Below, in pieces: positions 36,950 to 49,959 of a stretch of DNA of 64,000 nt. A model generated the notes under the pieces. The model was not told the origin of the DNA and ran no database searches. It was given only the letters and a program-made list of their open reading frames with translations. The position numbers were made by a program, and so were the translations under genes. The DNA lies in the NCBI GenBank assembly GCA_036172245.1, contig JAYWIR010000025.1, positions 1,798,001 through 1,862,000 on the forward strand, read 5' to 3'. The stretch comes from Raillietiella orientalis (lineage: Eukaryota). Each line of letters begins with the position of its first letter. Positions within the stretch are counted from its first letter, which is position 1.

Positions 36950-37650
36950 GAATGCATGGTGTTTCCACCCAATTACAAAAAACCAGTTTATTTTCACAAA
37001 GCTGCTCAACTGCCTTTTACAGTCTTACATCTGTGCTCATGGAAGACTGCAAATGGATGCTGAATACCAAAGTCAAGAAGAATATTCAAAAAGCAATTTC
37101 GATAACTTCTGAAAATGGCAATGATGGTGAGAGAATGAAACACTGAAAAGGACATAAACAAAAGCATGTAGATGGAAAACAACAGATTCTTAATTAGTAT
37201 AACTAAATATATAAGACTTCGATAGGTCAGAAAACTGATTTCAAATTGTAGGATTGCCTAAATAACTATAAAGACAAAATATCTTGAGATGAATTCAGCA
37301 ATCATGTGCTGACAGAAATGGCAGTTGGTTCAATTTCAGACGGATTGCATGTTTGGGTATCTGAATTAAACCACCTTACCAAATTGCAAGATAGTAGCTT
37401 CAACAAACCAATTCTACAGGTAAGAAAAATACGTACTACACAAAATATTTAAGTATACATTGTTAATGGGATGCACCCTCCTTGTAAGCAAGTATGTTAA
37501 CAGTACTTGAACCATAGTGGAATCAATCAAACAAAATTAAGGACGAAGCCGATTCAAGTCATTTCTGAATCATGTGAGATCAAAAGCAATAGGGAATCCC
37601 ACAGCAAAAAGATGTGGTAACTCCCGAAAAGTGGAAAAGTCTAGTCAACC
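36950..37650 (+). mobile_element. Decayed LINE RT relic
   Basis: SLFSQSCSTAFYSLTSVLMED...NIQKAI resembles QxGFxxxxSTxxAL...DxxKAF. Confidence 0.3.
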
Positions 37651-40562
37651 TCTTCAGTGATGCATAATTATCAGCCTTAGTATGATGAATTTACGTTACC
37701 ATCGGTACTTTCTTAATCTGGCACATTTTAAAAAGTTCAACTGTACAATGAGCCGCGAATTGAGGGTGAGTTAAACAGCAGCAGCGATAAGAAAATCTGA
37801 AAACTGGTTGAATGTTCCCAAATAACACTGAATCCTAGTGCGAAAATGCAGAAAGTTTAGAAATAACAACAAGAATTTCTCATTAAAGAGAAAGAACAGG
37901 CAAAAAATTATGTGACAGCGAAATTAAAACGGTATGCTTTAATGTTGCCATTACGCGTATACATGTACCAGCACGGCTGGCACAAAACCGTCGTCCTCTA
38001 TAGTAAATACATTCCCAACTCAGAAAAAACGATAGAAAAAACGGCTTTGCTACTCTCAGTACCAATGCAGAGAGTCACAACGACAGCATGACATTAACGT
38101 TATGTCGATTGGAATCTCCGGGTCAAAGTTGCTGCAGTATTTGAGAATGAGCCTCTAGAAAACATTTAGAAACAAAGCCAATCAAGTAACCAATATGCCC
38201 AAACATGGCTTTGAACACTTTCCAAGAATTCAAGCAATAAATTTCCAAACAAGTAAAAAGAGAGCATTTTATTCTGCACATGGATTTACGAAATAATCAT
38301 TAAAAGTTATTGCTCTTGATTTTTTCCATTAGAAGTCAATTCAGTGTATCGAAGACAGAGAAAAGGCATCCACTCTTCCAGTCTGAAAACGAATACACCA
38401 AACGGGATTAGGGATCGAGCATGTGTCTACGAAGCGCGCCTCAAAACTTGGGTCATGACCTCATAATGCAATACCAAACGTTTTTGTAAGGACTTGTAAC
38501 AGAACAAAGGCTTTTGTTGACTCCAAATTCACAAAGTTTTCAAAACCAGCTCTCTGCCATAGATTATTCTTGTAGTTTTTCCATAAGTGGTATGTGACGA
38601 CGGTGTGAAACTCCGATGGAAATGGGTACAGTGCTTTTACAGATACAGGTAGCTAATTATGATTATTACTGAAAATACACGTAGAAAAAAAATATATCCT
38701 GTTCGTGCAAATACCTTGGAACTATTCTAACAATCTTTGAGCAATGAAACCGAAACCGTTTTCGGACTGGAATTCCTTAAATTCTAAGAAACAAGCACAG
38801 GATCCTTTCCAAGGAGCTATCGTTCTTTCATCCTTGTGCTCGCGTGTATGTAGAAAGAACACTCGAGCACAAAAGAAACGAAATTTCATTAATATGCATT
38901 TCCCAGACGGTCACAATGCTACACAGTAGATTGGTAAAAATTAGCATTTTAGATCATACTGTTCAGTTAGTTTGTGTTGACATATTTATTACAGGAAAGG
39001 ATGGTTGAAGCCATAAACATAGGCAATAAGGTTGTTTTCTTAAATATCCGTACAACCATAAGAAAAAGTGAACCTTTTGTACCATTATAAGAAAGATGAG
39101 GGAAATTATGTACAAAACGTAATAAACCTGAAAACTTGAGAAATCAGTTATTACTAATGATTTATTTAGATTTTTTATTTTTATATGTTTTGTTTCACGA
39201 ATCAACTGTTTTACAAATAGATCTTATTTTTTTAATCTCTTATTCATTCATTCACATATTTTCCTTTGAGGCCATTTTTTGCACTAAACTATAGAAAGAT
39301 CGGTGCTGGACCGATGAAATTACACGTATAACGTAAGCAAGAAAAAATTGAATAAGAAACCATTTTATTATACACCTGTAATTTCCGAAATTGGCAATAG
39401 TTGTGGCCACCTTTGCCATAAATGGGATTTTCAAGGGTCCCATGGCTAAGATAATAGTATTTGCCCTTAAAACAAGTGAGCTTTGGACTCGTTTTAAGGG
39501 AAAATACTAATATGGGGCTACCTATGAAGAAGTTTCGTAGTGTATTGGAAAAGTGTACACGTTTTTATCAAATCATATACTGAATTACAAACACAACACT
39601 GTAGTTGTGGTTGCTTGAATCATTGTGTAATCCACACTGTCAGACAAGTTTTAGAGTTCTGCGTTGCCCGAAAAAAGGTGAAGTACGATGAATCTGTTTA
39701 TAATCAGTATGCCTAACACGATCAACACTTCAAATGGAGATAACTGTTGGATTTAATGGAGATTATCAGCACCATTGTAATTAACTATACTTGCCATAGA
39801 TAAAGAAAATGATAAACGATATAAACAGTAGCATACGTGCTATTGCAGGGAGTATGTCAGAAGGAATCTCAGGGTACACTTTCTAAGTAAGAACTAAGGA
39901 ACCTTACCTAGATAATGTCCACTTAACTTCCGGAAACTGATACAAAGATCAAAAGATCTATAAATAGAGTTTTAAGAATTTTTCTACACCAAATTATTCC
40001 TTCGTGTGACGTATGAAAATCTGCAGGAAAGGCCAAAACCTGGAAATTCGAGTGAAACTGGTCAAAGGTGAAACAAAACATGGATTGAAATCATCCATTT
40101 CAAAACTGAAACATCCATTTTAAAACACAATTCACTCAAAACTGAAACTAAGCAAAGTCCAAGGCAATTCATTACATTAGACTTCACAGTAGAATAAATT
40201 GACCGATAACGATACACGTAGGTTGCAGTTTTCATTAGATGAATTAGTGGTGATAATCATGCTATGAATATGTATTTCACTAGGTGGCTCTACACAGTTC
40301 GATATTTCGAGTGAGAAAACAAAGCTGTGGAAGATAAAAAAATACGTATCTCTAGAAGCAGAGTAATTAAAGAGACAGTATATGCTGCCTGCCAACATTC
40401 AAGTCCCAATCAATATTCAAGTTTGCCACTGATATTTTTGTTTTAGTGAAAGATTAACAAACTAGCACTTCATCATGTGCAGGCTAATCAATAAATCATT
40501 CAAAAGAAGAAACTGTTAAAAAAAAAAACAGTTCTTTTGTTTAATTCAGCTCTCTTCACAAT

Positions 40563-43500
40563 TTACACATTAATAATAACATTCTGTGGATATTCTGACT
40601 GAAGTCTTTGAAGCAGAAATTTTTTGCCCAATTCATCGTGACACTTGCCATCTGCTAATGGTAAAACCACTTCTTCCAAAAACCTTAGGTTTTTTATATA
40701 AAAAGCTTTCTGAAAGACAGGAAAAATGAGCACATTAAATTTTTAGCTATGTACTAATTTAACCTCATTTTCATGTTTTTCATCATCAACAAGGGATTTC
40801 ACTGCTTTCAACTGTTCTAGGATTATAACATAGAGTAGTTCTGTACAAGTGCTTTCCAAATTTCGAGTAATTATTTTCAAGACATCATCAATTAAGCCTA
40901 AATAAGATTTTGCAAAACTGCATACGTTAGAAGACAACATGATCCAATAACCATCTGGAAGGAATGACGACAAAATGATCAATGACAAAATTACCAAACA
41001 GAAAATATGAAAAACACATTCTGAATGAATTGAGATTAGAAAAAAAATCTTAAATATTTAGCCTTTCTAAGTAGCAAAGAGTGTTTCCACAAAAAAAACA
41101 ATAAATACCAGAAAAATACGCTTCCATGTCTTTTATACCGATTTCCCTCATTCCTTGGAGAAACTTCTGAGCATTTTCTTCATTTCTCAGATGTACAGGA
41201 TGCCATTTGTCATTTGTAAATTTTATTTTAATTGCATCCAAATGCTTTTCCTTTATCTCAGCTAGAATACTTGCTATCCTTGCATGAAGTAATTTATCGA
41301 ATGTAAACACTAAGTCTAAACCATAGTCACGGAGCTAAAATAACCGGAAATTCTTATACTCTGATTTTCATTCTTGTCATAGTTTATTCTTGAATAATTT
41401 TTCCATGTTAAATGCCGGTATTCATCACATACATTGTATACATTTCTTTGAACTTAAGCAAAAATAAAAATACAAGTACTTTCACACAAACTAAGAATAT
41501 TGAAGTACATATAAAAGCATTTAGATTACATATACTATAAATCAGTAATGAACAACTCACAAGTTTTGATACATGATAAGTGATAACTAATCAGCATAAA
41601 TTACACAATAATCTTTACTCTCATTATTATCCAAAATAATTAGTGGCTAATAAATTAATAAGTAATATTAAGTTCAAATATAGAGAATGATTTCTTGAAA
41701 CTACAGCAACAAAATAAAGTACATTTTATAAGTTATTCTGTTGTGCAATACAAGTTAAATGATCTGAATCGAATCTAAACATCTACCTAACCAAATCCTG
41801 AATCCTAATGGCAACAAATGAAAAGAAATGTATGCAATCTAAGATTACAACCAGGCATGACACTGATGTTGCATAAAGACTAAGAAATAATGGTAGACTA
41901 AGAAATAGTTGATTTCAACGCTTTGCAAAACAAATGTTGTGAGCAATGACTTTTAGGTGCTGTTTGTGCAACTAAGCACATTTTCTTAGGGAGGCTATGG
42001 TAAGAAGAGATAAGGACTCTGTGTGTTGCAGAATTATGCTCTCATGAAATGTAAAAAAAAGGAGTCAATATAGCAAAAACAAGCCACAACATATCAATTA
42101 AGAACAAACTCTAATGCTTTACAATTGGAGTTTGTTGGAATGCTTGCAATATAACTGGGATTTTTGTAGCTCGGAAAATTGAAAACATGATAAAAACACA
42201 TACACACAAAATAATGTACGCATTCTAACTGAAGAAGTCCCCGAATTACCTTCCCCAGCTATGTAAGAAATTAGATAAAGCAAAGGTGGACTTCTCTCAA
42301 CTGAGAATATGAAGATGTATACTTTATCTCCTCCTGTACCAACTGCACTTCACCCAAGACTCGAACCATGGCAAACACAGCCTTAATCTCTCCTTAAATG
42401 AAAACTCCCATTCTGAGCAGGTTCCCACTATTATATGTATACACAAATATTTTTTTTTTGTTTACAAGAAACACCTCAATGCAACAATGTGATAAACATA
42501 AGGATGGTGGAGCAGTCATAACAAACAAGGAAAGGGAATAATTTACCACTAGCTATTAGATAAAGACAGGCAACGAAGACAAAAGAACTAGATGAAGACA
42601 CATCAGTGTAGAATCTGGGCAATTCCAGATTTTCACTTACTTCATCACTATAGTCAACAACAATCAGGGCACTGGCTGACCACAACTGTAGGCTCATCCA
42701 AATTAATCAGTAGTCCATATAGTTGAGAGAAGAGTTGAAGAATATGAAGCTGACTCCATGAGTTTCATCATTTGTATACCCCCAAAAATGCAATAGACTT
42801 ATATTCCAATTGGTACACATGTTTGAAAAGTAAGCATCTACCAGCATTTAAAAAGAGTTTCAACATATTGACAACATATTAACAACTTTATAGGTGATGC
42901 TGTTCTTGATGAGTGTAATGTTTTGTTTATATAAGCAAAGAATCAGCACACAAAAACAACAAATGCCAATTCATTGAGCAATAAAGTGAATAAATTCGAT
43001 CTTTTCATCCTTGGATTCCTTTGCACACACACATATATACATACAAAAATAAACAATATCTGTCAAGTAAGTCAGAAAGAGAAGACAAAAAAACTGAAAC
43101 CCTTTTCCATAACTTTTAATTGAAGAATTTAATATGGCAACAAGGTGAAAATGTAACAAACGATCTACCAGATTAAATTTTTGCATTAGAAACATGGTAG
43201 TGTATAAATGAACATCTAAGTGAAAATGAATAAATGATAAATACCTTTTCACACTGCTGTCTTGCATCAGCTATACTACTTGCAACAACATTGAAAGAGT
43301 AGTTTTCAAAAAATGTATGTGGAATAAAGTGTGTTGCTAAAAAATTTTCCAACTCTGTTTTCACCCAAATGATAAAACATGAAATGAGAGATCCTTTAGT
43401 AACATTTTTCGCTGCATTCGAAAAAATTTTATCAAATTCTGCGACAGCTTCTCTTAAAAACTTGAAAAATACTGCATTAAGATTGTGGATAAATGCAAGT

Positions 43501-46500
43501 GTATTACTTTCCACATGAATCTGTTTTAAATAAAACTTTAATATGGCAGACATTCTGTTTGTAAAGAGACTGCAAGCCTAAAAATTGAAAAGCACAAAAT
43601 AATTAATTTAATAAAGGAACAATGAGTTGAAATTCCTGCATCAAGTAAATCAAAATTACTTTAATATCCAAGCAGAATTCATAATTAAAGTCACGACGAC
43701 AATAAAATGAAAAAAACACCTTTAAGCAAACACAAAGCTTAAATTTATAAATCACAATCCTTTTATGGTCACAAGGATTTCAAGTTTTAAGAAAAAATAC
43801 AAAATAAACCCTTGCAAAAGGAAAATATGCAAATAAAACAGCAAACACGTCACTGAGAATTACATAAAACAATTAAATGCTTAACAATTAGCTTTAAACA
43901 TTTTTTCAAAACAAATTTAATTAGCCAGACAAAATATAAAATGCACATTTACCTATGTAAACAGTTGATTCACTTATAATTATAATTTCCTAGTTTGTTA
44001 TTGATTGAAAACAAGCTTTTTTTCAAAAATAGAAAATCGATCACAAATCTAGAAATTCCATAAATACGTATGCAAACTATCACACAATAAAAATATGGAA
44101 GCTCTGCCTAGAATGTCTTCTCAAAATGTTTCATCATAAGAGAGGGCTTTCAACATGGTCTATGAATGTAAAAACTCTGACATGTAGGAACTAAAAGTTG
44201 CAAAGTGGGCATTTTTTGTTTCTCAAAGGCAAAAAGCATTTATTTTTTGCCTTTGAGACGAGATCGTAAAACTTTTGAACATGCTTCCGAAATTAATACA
44301 TTGGGATGAATAGTGCTTTTGAGTGGATGAAAAAGCTTCCGTAAATTTAAGATTTCTAGATTATTCTAAAATCTTTTGGTGATACAAATATTGATGATGG
44401 GAACCTATAACAGTGAATAACATGTGACATAAAAACGCACCATTTTAAAAAACTACCAAACATTGTACATTTTGAAATCTTCAAGTTCTTGAGCATCATT
44501 TACAAATCAATTTTGGCATATGGGCCTAATATTTTAAAGATTATTCTCCAGATTTCCGGTTGCTGAAGCTGCCTTTGAATGGTATGCATATTTTTTGTAC
44601 TTTTACACATGATGTTTTATTCTATACTTTGATCAAAAATTTCAGCGTCTTTTAAAATGAACGTCAAAGATTTGAAGCGTATTTAACATAAGGAGATTCC
44701 CATGACCTAGATCATCACTGACAAGGGTATAAGCTGCATTCTAATATTGAAATAGGTATCCAGAACACCATCTGCCAAACACCACTTGCCACCATAATTA
44801 AAAAGGAAGAGACATTACCAAAACTAGTTGTGACATAAAAGATAGATATCAGTTCATAATATGAAATTCGATTTATTGTAACAGGAAAAGAGTTGTGAAT
44901 TTCATTGGGACTGCCCTGAAAAAGCAATAAAATTTATAAAAATAAGTGATGCACAAATGATGCAACTACAGATCGGAATAACAAATCCAACAGCTTCATT
45001 GAACTGGAGACAAATCCTTGCATGTGCACATTAGCAAGCTTGCAAAAAAACATATATATAAAAAAAAGCAAATGTTCTTTCAACACAATTCAGAAGCAAA
45101 TAATGGAGTTTTGAAATTGTTTGCATATAAAAATGATTTACGGAAATCACATTAAAATATGTTTAGCTATTTTCATCAATGAGGCTATTAGGAGGAAAAA
45201 GATAAATAATAATGTGACTTATTATGCTCCAACATGCTGCCAATTAGAACAATTAATTTAGGTATAATTAACCAAATGAATAACCAATAAAACAAAAAAC
45301 TTGAACTGAATTTTTTCCAATAATCCAAAGCACTAAGATTCTCATGTTTAATGTAAGAATCGGAACTCAAAATATTGCAAAAAAATATGAAACGAAGTTT
45401 GAAATCTTTTAAATGATTATTCAGCTAAATCTACCTGCACTTTTGTGGAACTAATTTTCAATTATATAACAAGAGGTTTTGAAAAAAAAAATTGAAATAA
45501 TTACTTGCTTTTCTGCAATTTACAATAGACAAAGAAAAAACAAAAAACCAAATTAAGTACCTGATGACATTTACCAAGCCTACCCAAAAGTTTAAGAGAT
45601 TTTCTCATTGCTTTTGGGCCTCCCTGCAGAGATTTATCAGGTGACACACTGAGTTCTTTAACAAGCACCTTTGTTAACTGCTCCAAATTTCTTTCATATT
45701 CATTCCTAGGAGAAAAAAAGCCCTCTTTAGACGTTTATTTCATGATGAAATTTTGCACTAACTTACTTGATTTCATTAACTGTCATGTTTTCTTTTGTTA
45801 CAGACTGCAGATATTCTTGAACATTTTCCAACAAAGTCACAGCTTCCTCAAAGCTTCTTTGCACAATAAAAAATTCGAGTTTCTCAGGATATTCAAAAAT
45901 CCATTCTGGAACAGGAAATGTTTCGGTTTTCACATCAAAAGATTTTTTTTCGTGCTGTCCTAAAAGAAAATTGATTTTACACCTAAAAATTGTGCTATCA
46001 GTTTTACAATTCTTACTGCTATTAACAATACTGTAACACAATTTTTCATCCTTGTTAAACAATTTGTTGTCTATTTCTGGTTTTGATTTCTGTATTTTCT
46101 CAATCCAATCCAATATGCTGACCTTTGTAAACACTTATTTTAAGCATATGCAGTATAAGATGGAGAAATAAATAAAACTTCAATAAGATTCTAAGAATTC
46201 AAACTCATAAAAACAGAAGGAATCATCTCAATTCCTTCAAAATTAAAGAAATAGCGAACACTACAAAATAATGGGAAATGAATTCATAATAAAAATAACA
46301 AACTGTAGGTGGAACTTGAGGAACAAATTTTGTGACTCAAATGAAACTGTTCTTATTCAATGCCTCTAAACAAGATTTTTATAATGTAAAGACACAATAA
46401 AATATACACACCTTATTTTCTGCTGATGCACATTGGAAAAGTCTGGTTTCACCAAAATTCATTAGTTTGAAAGCATATTTAACATCCATCATGTCTTTTA

Positions 46501-49273
46501 CATTAATGACAGCAATATGCTTTATATCATATAAAGAATGAAATTTATGTCTCATAGGTCCTCGTCTATCAAATAAGATTACGTTGACTTTGAACAATAA
46601 TGGCTCATTCTCAAACTCAAGAATGCATGCAGAAATTATTTCAAACAAAAATAATAAAAACACATTTTCAAATAACACAATAAAAGTAGAAAATATCTTA
46701 CTTGTTTGGAATCCAAGTTGCTATCATCAAACTATCATTCATCAAAAATAATTGTATACGATGAACAGCTTGATGTGTATCTATATCCAATTCAATCAAT
46801 GATTCTTCATACAACAGCTGCCTACTTTTGTAATCCAAAACATGCTAAAACCTGAATTTCTTTAGGTGACTTAATAGCAACACTGTTATAAGTACTTAAA
46901 ATAATTGATCTCAACTGAATACATTCATGAACACATTATAGTATGATAGCTTCTTTCTTAATTGAAGTTTTTTAATTCTGCTTTTAAACAAAAATGAATG
47001 CTAAATACTCGTTATATCTGTAAGCAACAAAGCAATACAATTTAAAATTGAAACACACACTCATATTACATATATTGAATGCTTCAGTGCAATGAAAGTG
47101 CTTTAGGATCTTGCACTATATAGTTGATAAAAATGTGTTTTATTTCCTCAGATTCAAATGTTGGAAAAAAAACAATACGACACTGAATAAATTTCAATCA
47201 ATTTCAAAAGAAAATTACCTTACATCCTTCAATTCTTTCAGGCAACTGTTTCAACTTTTCCTTTCTTTTCATTTCTAAGGCTATGTTATTTGTTTCATTT
47301 TTTTCACTGACATTTTTTTGCTCTGCTGGATCCTCGGATTCTGATTTAAATGAATCTTTGATTTCGGTAAGCATTGTTTTCTGATCATTTAATAGCTGCG
47401 ACAGGTTGTACATTTGCTTTTCCAAATCTTGAAATTACAAAAAATATTTTTTTGTAAGTCCGACTTATTGCAGTAAAGAAAAAACATGCTTATTAATCAT
47501 ATCACTTTAAAAACAAAAACTGCTTTCTTAAATTCCAGTGAAATTGTACCTAAGAGAAAAAAATATGTAATGAAGTATTCCTTCAGCATAACAACTAAAA
47601 ATGTAATTTGAAAAAAACAAGACCATTTATATTTTTTGCTTTGAGTGTGTACAATTCCTACTTTAATACTGCAGACTACGTTAAAATCAGAATCTAATGA
47701 TTAGAATGGCTTTAAATTGAACAATCTTACAAAGCATGGAATGAAGAAATGACAGCATCTGCACCATACATGTAGAGCATTACAACAAACACAGATATAC
47801 AAACCTAACCTATCTGTTAACTTTGTTCTAACTACTAAAGAATATCACCTTGGTACCAAATAACCCATGAAGTTCTTGTCTGGAGAATGCTAGGACTCCT
47901 GCATATTTACTTAATTATTATTAAAATATAACATCCATTATTAAAAGAAAATAGATGAATAGGTTATGAGTAGTCGGATAGATGAGGTGGTCAGAGCTAT
48001 GATGGGGGCTATTATGGCTCTGAGAATTGTGGAAAGTAGGATATTTGGTGATGGTGAGAGGGAGATGATGAATATTCTGTATCTAAAACAGTAATTCAGC
48101 ATATTAACCAGATTAAAAATTCGTTATCTGCATTACAACAGCTTTCTCATTTCCTGTATTATACTATCAACAGTTAACCTATTAGTGAAAAAATCATTTT
48201 GATGTTGTTTTTGACCATTATAACTTGTTCTGCATTTTATGGCTTCATATGGAAAGTTCCCAAAATAAGCTTTTCGGTTTCAGCACTATGTTAGCCAGGA
48301 ACTTTTAATTTATTCAAAGTAATTTCCTATTTTCTTTGAGTTATTGATGATCAGAATCTTATTTTGCAAAACAAAGTGCTTGTGTTTACCTCAAATTCTA
48401 CAGATCTGCTGAACACCTTGAAATCTTTATTACATCCTAAGTTTCTGCATGTTCTAAAGCTTATCACTGGTGGATATACATTACTCATATGCTCTAAGAG
48501 TTTTCACTATGAATTCTAATATGAAATCTTCAAAGTGTAGAAATATGATTTTCCTAATATTACTCTGTTTTCCAAAATTGATTTACATGTGAACAAGCTA
48601 GAATGATGTTTACCTATAATTCATTCATGTATGCACATTGACTTTTTTTTTAGTAAATTGGTTTATTTACTAGGATCTTAAACGTGTAATCTTAAAAACT
48701 TCATTCAAAGATGGTACAAGTAAATATAGCTTCAGAATGACTTACAAGATATTTCTTTTCCTGCTTCCATAAATAATAGGTAATTTTGATATACATTTTC
48801 CTTCAACTGTCCATTGAGGTCTTCATTCAAATTTTGAATCTTTTGCCTTTGAGACATTAAGTCAGAGGTGATGAAGATTTTTCCAGCCAGTTCTTCAACA
48901 TCTACAACAAGCAATATCAAGTAAAAAATTAGTACACACCCAATACATTGCAGCCTTCATAGTATAATTTGGAATCTGAAGCACTACCTTATGCTCGTAA
49001 ACACACAAATGTCAAAAATCTCAGTATTTGGAACAACACACAAAGACTGCCCTAAGGTTTAAAAGTGAATATATTTATGATAACATATGCATTCTTTAAC
49101 AGCAGGTATAATTAGGAATCTGTCAAATTTTTGCTCAATTATTATCAATCACTGACAACTTTAATTTTTTCGTTCACAGTCAAAGATGCTAAAAATTTAA
49201 ATACTCTACATTGTTTTGATTTGAATCCATCACTTTCAAAGATGTCGGCTTTCGTTTGAATTTTTGAATCCAT
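40563..49273 (-). CDS. EXOC8: Exocyst complex component 8 (Exo84)
   Basis: Minus-strand exons 49273-49210, 48901-48746, 47427-47219, 46844-46702, 46565-46412, 46122-46032, 45959-45767, 45705-45561, 43577-43245, 41334-41109, 40954-40764 and 40709-40563; the 72-nt intron 46031-45960 is in frame and uncertain. Motifs QLKENVYQNYLLFMEAGKEIS, a PH-like region (FLMNDSLMIATW, TRLFQC), PEWIFEYPEKLEFFIVQRSFEEAV, ELSVSPDKSLQGGPKAMRK, GLDLVF and DKWHPVHL. Confidence 0.92.
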
Positions 49274-49959
49274 TGAATGTTTCCACATTGTTATCAAATT
49301 ATTTATATTGGTTTGAATCCATTAGTTTCAAATGTAGCAGTTTCTATATGAATTTTTGGATGGCATTGAACTTTTCTACATTATTCTCGGAAGTACTTAT
49401 ACAATGACGCTAGTTCAGGTTAGTAGAGCTGAAAAGAACATTGGTGAAAAGGAAAATATATTCAGATAAAACCACAAGCACTCATCACATTTGTATTCAT
49501 AAGAAGGGCACACAATACGACAAAAACAAGGCACCAAGACACACAATATTATAATTATATAACAAGGATAGCAACACAACAAAAAGAGAGCTTAGAGACG
49601 GGAACGGGTTATACATCTCAACGGTAGCTGTAGGGTTCCAATCACCACAAACATTTCCGTTTACAAGCAACTAATATACTCGAAATGTGATGCACAGTAT
49701 AAAAACATATGTACCGATACGATGATGTAACTCTACCCCAAGAATATGATGGAGAATGGCAGGACGATACAAATTTCATGGTTTGGGATTACATCATGTA
49801 ACAAGCTAATTTACTACAGTGATGATGGGGAATTGTTTCAATGAGGGGCCCAGAATATAATCTACCCGGAGAATTTTCCCAAGGTTCGACAATTTATTAA
49901 TCAAACGACCAACACTGTAGCCGAAGCAAGATTAAGTGGGTTTCACTGTCGTTCTTTGA

